A DNA stretch of 63,325 bases, the filler included, from Craspedostauros australis (taxonomy: Eukaryota), in the NCBI GenBank assembly GCA_030167865.1. It is 12 parts of 12 records of this genome, joined end to end, with 100 filler letters (N's around TTAATTAATTAA, not from the genome) between each part and the next. Parts side by side here need not be neighbours in the genome. Positions count along the whole stretch, not along the records: positions 23,717 to 33,125 come from JALAGF010000229.1; positions 33,226 to 34,631 come from JALAGF010000230.1; 10 more parts are not named here. The stretch is one strand, 5' to 3'. Position 1 is the stretch's first letter; each line of letters opens with the position of its first letter. The position numbers and the translations under genes are program-made. Of this stretch, positions 23,818-34,271 are shown piece by piece. Below the pieces are notes generated by a model, which was not told where the DNA came from, made no database searches, and saw only the letters and a program-made list of their open reading frames with translations.

Positions 23818-26091
23818 ATGGCGAAACAAAAACGTGATGACCGTAGCCACAAAGCCGACAGCATGGCCTCGATACCACCTCCACCACCAGGCAAGCCTCC
23901 AGCAAAGGCCCCTCTCCCACCTGTCCAAATCCCAGCTCCGAACGACCCGCGGGTCGCCGAGGAAGTAGAAATGACCGACGTGGCCACACCCACAGCAAAA
24001 AACACCAGCACCACGAACAAGGAAGGCTGGCTGTGGAGCCACGCGTTGGAACAACAATGGCGAAAAATGCTCAAAGAGCGTAACTTCGCGACGCGGTTGG
24101 TTCAACCATTCACAACACTCTTCGGGGAAGGCGACACCATCCACGATGCGACAAGATACGTTAAAGGACTGGCAGGGAACCCTCCGTTCGTCACCTCAGC
24201 CCAATGGTGCAGCATCTTCGAGAAAGCAACCAAAAACAAAATGGAGCCAGCTGACAACACGCGAACCGTCAACCTCTACCTGCGTCTCATCAAGACAGAC
24301 AACCTGTTCACATCCATGTGGAAGAGTGGCCAAGTCCGCGAGACACATGAATCAGCGGGATGGATCGCTGCTCGTTTGGTGTTCATGAAGGACAAGCACA
24401 TCGACATTGACAACTTGGATGGAGAAAAAGCAATCTCACCCAACCCAGCACAGAAGAAGAAGCAAAAGACAAAGGAGATTCTCTATCTCAGGAGAGAGGC
24501 AAGCGACAAAACCAGGAACTCTGTCAACAATGCGTTGTCCGACTTCCATAGAACCTTCGTCGATCTCCGGCTTCCAGCTCCACGCGACGGATCCAAGACA
24601 GCACCAGCGCAGGCCATCGAAAGCCTCAACATTGTGGTCGACTTTGTCTTTCAAAACGACGCAAACGCCAAATTCCTGTCCTGGCACCACGGAGCTACCA
24701 GACCCTGGACAAAGAGAGATGGGAAATGGGAGTCGCGAGAGACCGTCAAGCTGTTCGTCGAGAATCTGTACGCAAGAACTGGCAACACCATCTTCACGCG
24801 TGTGCTCCTTGCACACAAAAAGGACCTCAGCTCGTTTCAAGACGATGGCACCCTAATCGACGAGGGCATCCACATGAAGAAATCAGCCATCCAAGAGAAG
24901 ACAATTGTCTCCGCAGGCTGGCTCTTCGGAAGCCACAGTACCACCAACAACAAGGATTTGGCAGAAGTCCTCGGAGGCCACAGCAAGGTCAAAGGAGTGA
25001 TGGAGATTGAGATTCGTCTCAAAGAGATCCGCCTCAAGTCCGGGCGACAGGTGAAACGCAAGGAGTTCAAGGACAGACAGCGGGCGGCCCACATCATGTG
25101 TGGCCATTCAAAAGCCAAGGACTGTCGGGCCGCGATGAAGCGGATCTTCAACGAGAAAGGTGCTAGCCTGGTCCTGGGCAAACAACTTCGGTTTATGCCG
25201 GACGCCCTCGATCCAAGATTCGTGCCCTCTCCCAGGAAACTGCTGGGTCTGGAGTACATGGCGAAGGCGCAACACCGATTCGAATCCAAGATGTTGACCC
25301 AAGGAGTGGAATCCATTCAAGAGCTCGACGTACCCATGTCAGTCTACCTGGTGTCCCTCCGCGAGGTGATAATGAACTTCCGATCGTTCGCAAACCCCGA
25401 ATACGCCCTCTTCGTGTCAGTTGACACTGACAGAGCGGATCCCTTCCGAACCAATTTCGTGTACCACGAGGACCGACAGGTCGAGGCGCAGGAGGTGATC
25501 TCCAAGCTCCCGTTTCTGTGCCTTAAGCTTCTGGGGGGTAACTGCCATCATTGGTTTACCCCGTCAGGCTGGGCAGACACCGACAACTTCACGGAAGATT
25601 GGATCACAGGCTTTGTTACAGGCGTTGACGAGGACGAGATTGAGGAGTACACGGAAATCGCGCAGAGCGTTCTCCATTCAGACGTTGAGGCGATGGACTC
25701 CGTCTTGGCAGAAGACATGGGCTGGAAAGGAGCAGTGGACGACGAAGGAAGAGCGAAAAGGATCCCTCTCTTGAAAATCGAGATCGACTTAGACAGCATC
25801 CCAAAGAACCAGACCGGCGACAACCATACCGTTGGTTCGAACACCCTTGCCACATTCGCGGATATCTCCCTGCACCAACAGGTCGAGTTCGCGGGGCACG
25901 CCATGTCCAAGACAGCACGCACCAAGGCTGCCCGTCCAACCCAATTCGCCACAGATACTTCCGCGCTCCACGACGTCGAGATGCCGGCCACAACCAAAGA
26001 CGGCGCAATCGTCTTCCCATCAGCGGCTCTTTCCCCGCTCCTCGAAGGATCGCATACAGGTAGCAAAGACGCCTCGGACGCCTCCAAGTAA
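23818..26091 (+). CDS. Non-LTR retrotransposon ORF1 protein (757 aa)
   Basis: Intact ORF upstream of ORF2 on the same strand; Pro-rich N-terminus, basic core; no CCHC knuckle or obvious RRM. Confidence 0.8.
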   Translation: MAKQKRDDRSHKADSMASIPPPPPGKPPAKAPLPPVQIPAPNDPRVAEEVEMTDVATPTAKNTSTTNKEGWLWSHALEQQWRKMLKERNFATRLVQPFTTLFGEGDTIHDATRYVKGLAGNPPFVTSAQWCSIFEKATKNKMEPADNTRTVNLYLRLIKTDNLFTSMWKSGQVRETHESAGWIAARLVFMKDKHIDIDNLDGEKAISPNPAQKKKQKTKEILYLRREASDKTRNSVNNALSDFHRTFVDLRLPAPRDGSKTAPAQAIESLNIVVDFVFQNDANAKFLSWHHGATRPWTKRDGKWESRETVKLFVENLYARTGNTIFTRVLLAHKKDLSSFQDDGTLIDEGIHMKKSAIQEKTIVSAGWLFGSHSTTNNKDLAEVLGGHSKVKGVMEIEIRLKEIRLKSGRQVKRKEFKDRQRAAHIMCGHSKAKDCRAAMKRIFNEKGASLVLGKQLRFMPDALDPRFVPSPRKLLGLEYMAKAQHRFESKMLTQGVESIQELDVPMSVYLVSLREVIMNFRSFANPEYALFVSVDTDRADPFRTNFVYHEDRQVEAQEVISKLPFLCLKLLGGNCHHWFTPSGWADTDNFTEDWITGFVTGVDEDEIEEYTEIAQSVLHSDVEAMDSVLAEDMGWKGAVDDEGRAKRIPLLKIEIDLDSIPKNQTGDNHTVGSNTLATFADISLHQQVEFAGHAMSKTARTKAARPTQFATDTSALHDVEMPATTKDGAIVFPSAALSPLLEGSHTGSKDASDASK

Positions 26092-26394
26092 GAGGTACAG
26101 CGGGAAGCATTGGAGAGACCTCAGAAACCTCTGCATCCACGACCGGCCCATACCGATCAACACATACATAAGAAAAAAAAAAAAAAAATCAGCAACAAAA
26201 ACACACGACCAGAGACATCAAAGCACCCACAGCAACAACACGAACGACAGACTACAGCCGACGACTAGGCATCCAGCAGCGACGACCATCACAAGACACC
26301 CGATACACAACAACAAGCACGGGACAACCGACCATACACCAGCCAATCTGAGCAGCGCTAACACCACTCACACGACGCCAACTCCGCCACACCA

Positions 26395-26634
26395 ACATCA
26401 ACACCTCACCACCAACACACCGTACCAATTATACCACATCAACACCTCACCACCAACACACCGTACCAATTACACCACACCAACACCACACTAACACCAC
26501 ACTAACACCACACCGACACCACACCGACACCACACCAACACCACACCAACACCACACCAACACCACACCAACACCACACCGACACCTCACCGACGCCACA
26601 CCGACGCCACACCACGGCACACCGACACTTCACC
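26395..26634. repeat. Inter-ORF C/A array: 41-bp duplication followed by ~14 copies of an 11-mer ACACCACACC(A/G)
   Basis: 41-bp unit starts at 26395 and 26436; 11-mer from ~26472; A16 tract at 26173-26188. Confidence 0.9.
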
Positions 26635-26719
26635 AAGAGCCACTACCAACACCGGCACTTCAACCTCGCAGGACGTCACCGGCTCATCAACAGTGGGCAA
26701 GTACGCCCAATCCATCAAG

Positions 26720-29700
26720 ATGCAGCAACAACAGAAGCTCAAACGCAAGGGCACCATACGCGTGGTCTTCCAAAACGTGGCTCAGATTCCCCTCAAGAAA
26801 TACCAAGAGAAGAACAGGGCCATCTTTGAGTTCATCCACCAAGAGGAGGTCGACGTTGTCGCAATGGCGGAGACGAACATCCGCTGGGACAATGTCTACG
26901 CCACCGAGCAATGGAAGGACAGACTTCCAAGCCCCTTGCGAAAGGAGAAGTCCATCTTCGCCCACAACATTCACGAGCAACACCTGGAGCCAAGACAATA
27001 CGGAGGTGCGGCGGTCTCAGCTTTCAACGAGCTCTCGCATCGCGTTTGCGGCAGGGAAGCCGACCCCTCGGGCATGGGTAGATGGTCGTCGCTCGTCTTC
27101 GAAGGCAAGCAAGGGAAGCGGCTCCGAGTCGTGTCCGCCTACCGGCCATGCAAGTCGGAAACAGGGAGCTCGACCGTGTGGACTCAGCAAGTCCGAGCGC
27201 TGCAGGCCTCCGGCCGCGATATTGACCCCATCTGCGCTTGGCAAGCGGATATTGCGACAGATATCCAGCGCTGGAAGGAGTCCGGCGAGACCATTGTGAT
27301 AGGCGTGGACGTTAACGACGACACGATCGACGGTCCGACAGCCCAAGCCATGTCCGACATGGGGCTGCCTAATGCCCTGTGGTCCTACATGGGCGAAGGT
27401 GCTCGCACGGCCACTCAACAGCGAAATCAGAACAACGTCCCGATCGATGCCATCTTCCTCTCAGCGGGAGCGCATATCGTCGACGGGGGCTATTACGGAT
27501 TCGGAGAAGCTATTCCTTCCGATCACAAGGCGCTATGGGTAGACCTGGACTTTCACGAGGTGCTGGGTCGCGGCACGCAGCCGATCCCGACGAGACAACC
27601 AAGGCGACTTCAAGTCCAACATCCCAAAGTGGTGCAACGCTACAACGATTCCCTACTCGCAGAGTATGCCAAACATGGGATCATGCGGCGAGCTCAAGCT
27701 CTCATCGACATCGCAAAAAGCCAGGGATGGGAACTCAACGACACCCAAGAGACCAAGCTGAATCGCCTGATTTTACAGACCAACGAGATCAAGCGCAAAG
27801 CAGAGAGAGATTGTCGCAAACTCCGAATGGGCGCCATCGAATGGTCCCCGGAGGTGAATCACGCCAGGTTGAACATCAGATTCTGGACCATGGAAGTCAA
27901 AGCGCTGAACAAAGTAAAAGTGAGCTCGTCTCTACGGAAGCGGCTCAGACAACAGACCAACTTGACTCCGACGGAATCCCTGGAAGAGGCCGTTGCACAC
28001 CGGTCAGCGGCGTACAAGAAATACTACGCAGTGAAGGCCAGACACAAGGAGCTCCGCCAGGAGTACCTCGTCGAACTGGCGCAGGCCAAACAGCAGCAAG
28101 GTCAGCTAGAAGCCGACAGTGCGTTGCGGCAATTGCAGAACAGGGAGGCACAGCGGTCAGAAGCCCGACGGCTTCGCAGGGTCCTCGGAGCGGAGAACTC
28201 CTTGACGACGAAGGTTCTCTTCACGGACCAGGCGGGGGAAACGCACGAATGCACCGAACCCTCGCAGATTGCGGAGGCGTGTATACGGGAAAACAGAAGA
28301 CGGTTCTCCCAGGCAGCGGCAGCGCCCTGCCTCGTGAGACCGGGGCGGAGCTACCTGAACAAGATCTGGTCCACGGAAACGTCCAGCCAAGTTCTGCGAA
28401 GCGACTCTCCTCCCCCCGCGGGCATGGATGAGATGCTCATGGCGCTATTGGGCTCATTGCACCCCATCCCGGCACCGCAGGATTTCCTCTCCGTGAAAGA
28501 TCATACAGAGGCTTGGACGAAGCAGACGGAGCGAGTGAGTTCCGAGCCGGCCAACCCCCACTTTGGTCATTACAAGGCTGCTGCCCAGTGTCCCGCCCTC
28601 GCCGCGGTCGACATGCAGCTGCGAGAAATCCCATACCAGTGTGCGTTGTCACCGACAGCATGGCGGCGTATCACGGACGTGCAGATCTTGAAAAAGGCCC
28701 AGGTCTACAACATCGAAAAAATGCGAACTATCCAACTCATGGACGCCCAGTTCAACTTGAACAACAAACGTCTGGGCAGGGACATGATGGCCACCGCGGA
28801 GTCAAGTGGTTGGTTGTCGGAATACCAGTTTGGGAGCAGGAAGGGCATGTCAGCGATCGTAGCCGCACTCAACAAGCGGCTCTCGTTGGACATTGCCTAC
28901 CAGAAGAAGGCCCCAGTCTTCTTCTGCTCCAACGACGCCAAGTCCTGCTATGACAGGATCGTGCCCAACTTCGCGGCTGCGGCTATGATGGCGGCGGGTG
29001 CCAACCCAAGTGCGGTCCGCAGCATGTTCGACACCCTTCAGCGAGCTGAGCATTACGTCAGCACGGCGTACGGCGTCTCGAGCGAGAGTTACGCAAAGGA
29101 TCATGAGTGTCTGATGCACGGCATTGGGCAAGGCAACGGAGCGGGCCCGGCCATATGGGCGGTTATTAGCTCAGTGATGTTCAGGGCCATGCAGCAACGA
29201 GGCCACGAGACAACTTTTCGAGCACCTCTGAGCCGTTCTCCAGTGCGAGTGCTGGGGTCGGCATTCGTCGACGACACGGATCTTGTTCATATCTCCAAGG
29301 ACGGCGATGAAGCGCAAGCGAGCCTCCAGAGCTTTCGGCGTATGATCAACGACTGGAACGGGTTGCTCACGGCCACGGGAGGCGCAATCGTGCCAAGCAA
29401 GTCGGCTTGGTGGGCTGTCGAGTTCTCTTTCTCAGCAGGCCAATGGTGGGTTGAGGATTCACATGAGCAGCACCAAATCAACATTTCTGATGGGCAGAGT
29501 GGCAATGCTACTATCCCGCGCAAGTTGCACACAGATCCAGTGGAGACGTTGGGAGTGTCCATATCGCTTGATGGCAATAACAGCGCCCAAGTCTCAGCTC
29601 TTCGCAAGAAGTCTGAAGTGTTTGCGGAAAAGCTGAGAGTGGCACAGGTCACCCCGCGGGAAGCGAGGACGGCCCTGATTTTGCGATTCATGAAGTCTGT

Positions 29701-32161
29701 GGAATACGTAATGGCGGCCACGCAGCTCACACCGGACCAGTGGCGACACATCATGGCGCCGGCCCTTCAAGCGGCACTCCCCAAAATGAAGCTGATGCGA
29801 ACATTCCCACGCACGGTTCTCTTTGCTCCGGTTTCGGCCGGAGGCATTGGCGTCCCGAACCCTTGGCGACGACAAGTGGTGCGGCAGGTCCAAGCGCTGT
29901 TTCAGGAAGTGCACGCATCTACCCCTACGGGGAGGATGATGGAGCACTCGATCGAGGCGCTGAAGGACGAGGTTGGCGTTGACGGCTCCTTGTTTGACCA
30001 CCCTCACCATCTTTTACAGGATGCTCTTACCCCATGCTGGATTTCAAACCTGTGGGGCCACATCCAGGAGATGGGTTTTCACATCCAGGAGCGAACGCTG
30101 GCCTTCCACCCCCAGCGCGAAGGCGACCGAACGATCACCGAGCTAGCACTGGGTCTAGGGTATCACGGGCAGCGGTTCCGGCGCCTCAATGCGTGCCGGC
30201 TGCAACTCGGAGCGGTGTACATCTCAGACATCGCCACAGCATGTGGTTCAACAATCACCTCGGCGGCTTGGTCGGGACACGAAGCGTCCACATCGCGTGA
30301 GTCCTGGCCGCGGCTTCCCGCTCGTCTGCCAGCTAGCTGGTGGGCAGAGTGGGGACAGTTCTGCAGGAGGTTGACCCGGTCAGACGGGTCCCTCTTGGAG
30401 TCCCTCGGGCCCTGGTATCTCGACGAACACCGCTGGCGATGGTGGCATCACCCGCCCACTGACACGATCTTCGACGTCGGTGCAGCGTCCACGGTTTCCT
30501 ACCGGCGGACGAGCGGCCAGCGGCGTACACGACGAGTGAGGTACCACCCAGTGTCCACCTCTGTCTCTCCCCCGGAAGGGGCGGTGCGCATCTCGGTCAC
30601 GCGCAACGATCGATACATCACCTGGGAAGGCACCAGTGGCGTGCAGATGTCCTACGCAGACATCCCATACCTTGAGCCGGAGCGCCATCCGTATATCCAT
30701 AGCGTCGAAGGCGACCTTTCGCCACAAGACGCCCATGGAGCAGCGACCGCGGGTGCCCTAGTGGCGGTGAGTGACGGCTCCTTCAAAGACGGGTGTGGCA
30801 CATCGGCGTCGATCATCTACGACACACGGTCAAAAAAGTCGGTTTCAGTCTTAGCGACTGTGCCCGGCAGCCCGCCCATGCAGAGCTCCTACCGAAGTGA
30901 GCTCATGGGTATCCTGGCCTCACTCATCTACGTCTTTCGCCTTGAGTACGACCACGATGTCGTCATTCCATCCATCACCCTTGCCCTCGACGGGCAGCAA
31001 GCGCTTAATCGGGCTCGGGACGGATCTCCCAGGCCCACGCAACGAGACTGGGACCTTCTCTCGGAGATAGAACACGCCAAAAGCCAAATCCAGTGTTCAT
31101 TGAAGTGGAGATGGGTGAAAGGTCATCAAGACGACTCCTCGGCCCCCCTCGACATGTGGGCAAGACTCAACGTGCGGGCAGATGCGGAAGCAAAGCGGCA
31201 TTGGGAGTTGGCCTCGACGAGTCCTGCCATCACTAAGTGGGTCATGTCGGCGCCAGTGTGGCGAGTCGGCTGGTCCGGCGCGCCCCGCTCACATGTGGAC
31301 TCAGCGACTATGGAGTCAGTAGCTCAGCAGCCCGACATCGACGATTACTGGCGGGCCAAACACGGATGGAGCGAGAGTGACCACTCGGCGGTGGACTGGA
31401 CGGCATACGCAAGGGCGCGCAGATCAACAGCGGCCCGAGACAGTATCAGATTCATCACCAAGGTGTCAACGGGGTTCATAGCGGTGGGGAGAAAAATGAA
31501 GCAGGCAGGGCTTCAGGCGGATTCCGTCTGCCCTGGATGCCAGCAGGAGGAAACGGTGGCACATCTTCTTACTTGTGGTGAGTATGAGGATACGTGGGAT
31601 GAGTCGGTGACAGAGTTGTTGGACTACATGAATACGGTGGGCACAAACCCCCTAGTGGTGGGCGGAATGCGCCAAGGAATGCGGCGGTGGCGGCGGAAGG
31701 TCAAACCGGTGGGCCCTCAGAGGATAGTGGGGTGGTTCCCGCTCCTTCAAGGGTTTTTACACGTGGACTGGCGGCGGCAACAGGCGGCATGGATGAAGGA
31801 CAACCCGTCCAAGCACAGAACGGCGGAGGCTTGGGCAGCTGATGTGATACGTCGCATTTGGAAAATTCCTTGGGCTGTGTGGACCGCTAGAAACAACAAG
31901 GTCCACGAGGCACCGGACTCGGTGGAAGCACGCACGCGTGACTACGCGAGGCGGCTTCGCTCTTTTCATCCCCCTGGCCTCACTCTGCGAGAGACGCAAG
32001 TCCTCCAGCGAGGCGGGGTGGCCGAGACCGGTACTCAACAACAAGTACAGCAATGGATCGAACTGGCGCAACGGGTCCGGAAGGATGCGCGCGACAGGCA
32101 ACGGCGGCAGTCCCTGCAACAGGAACGCTCGCTGATGGCCGCGTGGCTTTCCCAACCTTGA
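26720..32161 (+). CDS. Non-LTR ORF2: AP endonuclease - reverse transcriptase - RNase H - CCHC finger
   Basis: APE: FQNV, AETN, GVDVND, IDAI, SDHKAL; RT: YQFGSRKG, NDAKSCYD, GIGQGNGAGP, AFVDD; RNase H: VSDGS, RSELMG, LDGQQAL, WVKGHQD, NVRAD; CPGC..ETVAHLLTC. First ATG 26720. Confidence 0.95.
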   Translation: MQQQQKLKRKGTIRVVFQNVAQIPLKKYQEKNRAIFEFIHQEEVDVVAMAETNIRWDNVYATEQWKDRLPSPLRKEKSIFAHNIHEQHLEPRQYGGAAVSAFNELSHRVCGREADPSGMGRWSSLVFEGKQGKRLRVVSAYRPCKSETGSSTVWTQQVRALQASGRDIDPICAWQADIATDIQRWKESGETIVIGVDVNDDTIDGPTAQAMSDMGLPNALWSYMGEGARTATQQRNQNNVPIDAIFLSAGAHIVDGGYYGFGEAIPSDHKALWVDLDFHEVLGRGTQPIPTRQPRRLQVQHPKVVQRYNDSLLAEYAKHGIMRRAQALIDIAKSQGWELNDTQETKLNRLILQTNEIKRKAERDCRKLRMGAIEWSPEVNHARLNIRFWTMEVKALNKVKVSSSLRKRLRQQTNLTPTESLEEAVAHRSAAYKKYYAVKARHKELRQEYLVELAQAKQQQGQLEADSALRQLQNREAQRSEARRLRRVLGAENSLTTKVLFTDQAGETHECTEPSQIAEACIRENRRRFSQAAAAPCLVRPGRSYLNKIWSTETSSQVLRSDSPPPAGMDEMLMALLGSLHPIPAPQDFLSVKDHTEAWTKQTERVSSEPANPHFGHYKAAAQCPALAAVDMQLREIPYQCALSPTAWRRITDVQILKKAQVYNIEKMRTIQLMDAQFNLNNKRLGRDMMATAESSGWLSEYQFGSRKGMSAIVAALNKRLSLDIAYQKKAPVFFCSNDAKSCYDRIVPNFAAAAMMAAGANPSAVRSMFDTLQRAEHYVSTAYGVSSESYAKDHECLMHGIGQGNGAGPAIWAVISSVMFRAMQQRGHETTFRAPLSRSPVRVLGSAFVDDTDLVHISKDGDEAQASLQSFRRMINDWNGLLTATGGAIVPSKSAWWAVEFSFSAGQWWVEDSHEQHQINISDGQSGNATIPRKLHTDPVETLGVSISLDGNNSAQVSALRKKSEVFAEKLRVAQVTPREARTALILRFMKSVEYVMAATQLTPDQWRHIMAPALQAALPKMKLMRTFPRTVLFAPVSAGGIGVPNPWRRQVVRQVQALFQEVHASTPTGRMMEHSIEALKDEVGVDGSLFDHPHHLLQDALTPCWISNLWGHIQEMGFHIQERTLAFHPQREGDRTITELALGLGYHGQRFRRLNACRLQLGAVYISDIATACGSTITSAAWSGHEASTSRESWPRLPARLPASWWAEWGQFCRRLTRSDGSLLESLGPWYLDEHRWRWWHHPPTDTIFDVGAASTVSYRRTSGQRRTRRVRYHPVSTSVSPPEGAVRISVTRNDRYITWEGTSGVQMSYADIPYLEPERHPYIHSVEGDLSPQDAHGAATAGALVAVSDGSFKDGCGTSASIIYDTRSKKSVSVLATVPGSPPMQSSYRSELMGILASLIYVFRLEYDHDVVIPSITLALDGQQALNRARDGSPRPTQRDWDLLSEIEHAKSQIQCSLKWRWVKGHQDDSSAPLDMWARLNVRADAEAKRHWELASTSPAITKWVMSAPVWRVGWSGAPRSHVDSATMESVAQQPDIDDYWRAKHGWSESDHSAVDWTAYARARRSTAARDSIRFITKVSTGFIAVGRKMKQAGLQADSVCPGCQQEETVAHLLTCGEYEDTWDESVTELLDYMNTVGTNPLVVGGMRQGMRRWRRKVKPVGPQRIVGWFPLLQGFLHVDWRRQQAAWMKDNPSKHRTAEAWAADVIRRIWKIPWAVWTARNNKVHEAPDSVEARTRDYARRLRSFHPPGLTLRETQVLQRGGVAETGTQQQVQQWIELAQRVRKDARDRQRRQSLQQERSLMAAWLSQP

Positions 32162-32261
32162 TCGCGATTTTCGACGGCTCGCTCGACGACGGGTCCTAGT
32201 GGGGCCCGTCTAGACGAGGGTAAAGCCCGTAGAGGCACGTAACGTAATCTCTGAGTTATTA

Positions 32262-33125
32262 TTATTCCTTCTGGAGCTCGAGGTATTTCTTTGGAATGGC
32301 AGTGGCACCAGCCTCATCCACAAGCATGTTGGTTCTCACATGCAGGTTTCGGTTGCTCTGGTGGTCTGACTTCATGCCGGCGGCACGCTCCTCTGGAGTA
32401 CCAAAGTACACCTCATCGAGCTGGAAGCCCAAGACAGCCTTGTGGACGGAGGCAAGGACCCAGGCTCCAGAGCAGATATCGGCGGCTTCCAAGAACAGAC
32501 AGAACTGGAAGAAGATGTAGACAGTTGGATGGTCTCCGCGCTCCTCCTTTGGAAGCTTGGCAACAGCGAAGAAGGCGATCTGCATACCCTTGAGCATACC
32601 CACGATGGACATGAAGAGGAAGAAGAGGATGACGGCGACTCCATTTGGCACTCTGGCCCACATGGTGGTCTTTCCATCGAACAGGGCGACAAGGGTGATG
32701 GCCATGGCGTAGCACAGGATGGCGAGGGAGATGAGGATACGGCCCCAGTAGAAGAGGTTCTGGGCACCGTCGCGTGGTGGTTCCTTGGACTCGATTTCCT
32801 TGCCGGATGCCCAAACGAAGAACATCTGGACGAGGTAGAACGAATGCAGAAGTCCAGAGAACTCGATGGCGAGGGCGACATAGAGGGTGAAGACGGCAAA
32901 GAAGTTGTTGCTGTAGTCAAGCATCCAGAGAGAGGCGTTGCCTTGGGAGTTGAGCTGTCCGGCCATGGCGGCCATGAGGATCATGGCGGCTCCGGATCTG
33001 AGGAAGATCTGGATGATGATGTCTGGGAGACCGAAGACCTTGGTGTCCTCGAGCGGCACACTGCACTGGTTGATGGTGAATACCATGAGGAGGACCATGA
33101 ACTGACGTCCCATGAGGCAGCGGTC
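32262..33125 (-). pseudogene. SIT: Silicon transporter (SIT) degenerate copy
   Basis: MGRQF, MAGQLNSQ, IEFSGLLH, LFDGKTTMW, GMQIAFFAV, ICSGAWVLA; CMLD is WMLD, EGMQ is KGMQ, the second GRQ region is absent, and the C-terminus ends in the LINE tail. Confidence 0.92.
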
Positions 33126-33358
33126 NNNNNNNNNNNNNNNNNNNNNNNNNNNNNNNNNNNNNNNNNNNNTTAATTAATTAANNNNNNNNNNNNNNNNNNN
33201 NNNNNNNNNNNNNNNNNNNNNNNNNCAAACCACAAGAACAGATCAGCGAAACAAGACAACAAGCCAGCTTCGCACTGAAGTATGGCATCATGCCAATGCA
33301 AATGTCCGGCTCTATTGCATTATGTGTGTTGTTCTTATTAATGTTTTGTGGTATGACA

Positions 33359-34271
33359 TCAAATCTTGAAGAGTTCTGCTCCATCATCCTGATGGTATTG
33401 CACAATGGCACAACTGGCTTCAAACACATGCTTCTGCTTTTCTGTGCCATGCAAAAAGTGATCTCCAGCANNNNNNNNNNNNNNNNNNNNNNNNNNNNNN
33501 NNNNNNNNNNNNNNNNTGCTCTGCTCTTGAAGTTTTCAAGTTCTGGCCCATCGATCTCATTTGGTGTTCACATCATATTCTTTTTCATACGACTCGTCCT
33601 GTGCCCACGATCAGCAATGATGACTTTTCCGCCTGCGATCTGATGCAACAATCCTTCACAACAAATAGTCAAGTCATGTTTACCTCCTTGATGGAGCCCG
33701 TGGATCCAAACGCACTTTAAGTGGTACACAGTGATTGCAATCTTGTATTTGAGAGCACCATGGTTGAACTTCTTCGAGCCCCATGCCAGATCTGTGTTGA
33801 GTGTTGAGTGTTTCTGCTCCCATGCATGAAAATCTGTGCTGTCAACTGTGGCAATNNNNNNNNNNNNNNNNNNNNNNNNNNNNNNNNNNNNNNNNNNNNN
33901 NNNNNNNNNNNNNNNNNNNNNNNNNNNNNNNNNNNNNNNNNNNNNNNNNNNNNNNNNNNNNNNNNNNNNNNNNNNNNNNNNNNNNNNNNNNNNNNNNNNN
34001 NNNNNNNNNNNNNNNNNNNNNNNNNAGCATAGAACTGCAAGGAACATTCAGAAGCCTCTTCCAGTGTTGTCATATTGTGATATTTTTGCTGTGGAAGTAG
34101 TGGTTGTGTGCACGTCATCCCAAATACCTGAAATAGTTTCCGGCCAAGATGCATAGTGAGATCAGAACATGGGATTTCTTTGATCCATTGTCATGTCAAG
34201 AAACAAAGGGCAACGACCAGTTCAGCAATAAAACCTTGTTCCAGGACACCCAATGGTTAAGCGATGAGCAT
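33359..34271 (-). pseudogene. DDE_Tnp_4-type (PIF/Harbinger/ISL2EU-like) transposase relic
   Basis: TVDSTDF, SKKFNHGALKY, CVWIHG, HDLTI, IADRGH, FKSRA, HVFEASCAIVQY..LF; several stops and gaps; CpG-depleted. Confidence 0.75.

Larger units (their letters stand above)
23717..32266 (+). mobile_element. Two-ORF non-LTR retrotransposon, Ambal-like (APE-RT-RNase H), apparently intact
   Basis: Long ORF1, repeat-rich spacer, uninterrupted ORF2, ~95-nt 3' UTR, (TTA)n tail 32256-32266. The clade label rests on domain architecture and host group. Confidence 0.9.

Noticed and set aside
26395..26634. CRISPR-like interpretation of the array beside an RT
   Set aside because: Head-to-tail units with no unique spacers, no cas genes, eukaryotic LINE context.
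27379..28431. 350-aa alternative-frame ORF inside LINE ORF2
   Set aside because: Arg/Ser/Gly-rich shadow typical of GC-rich coding DNA.
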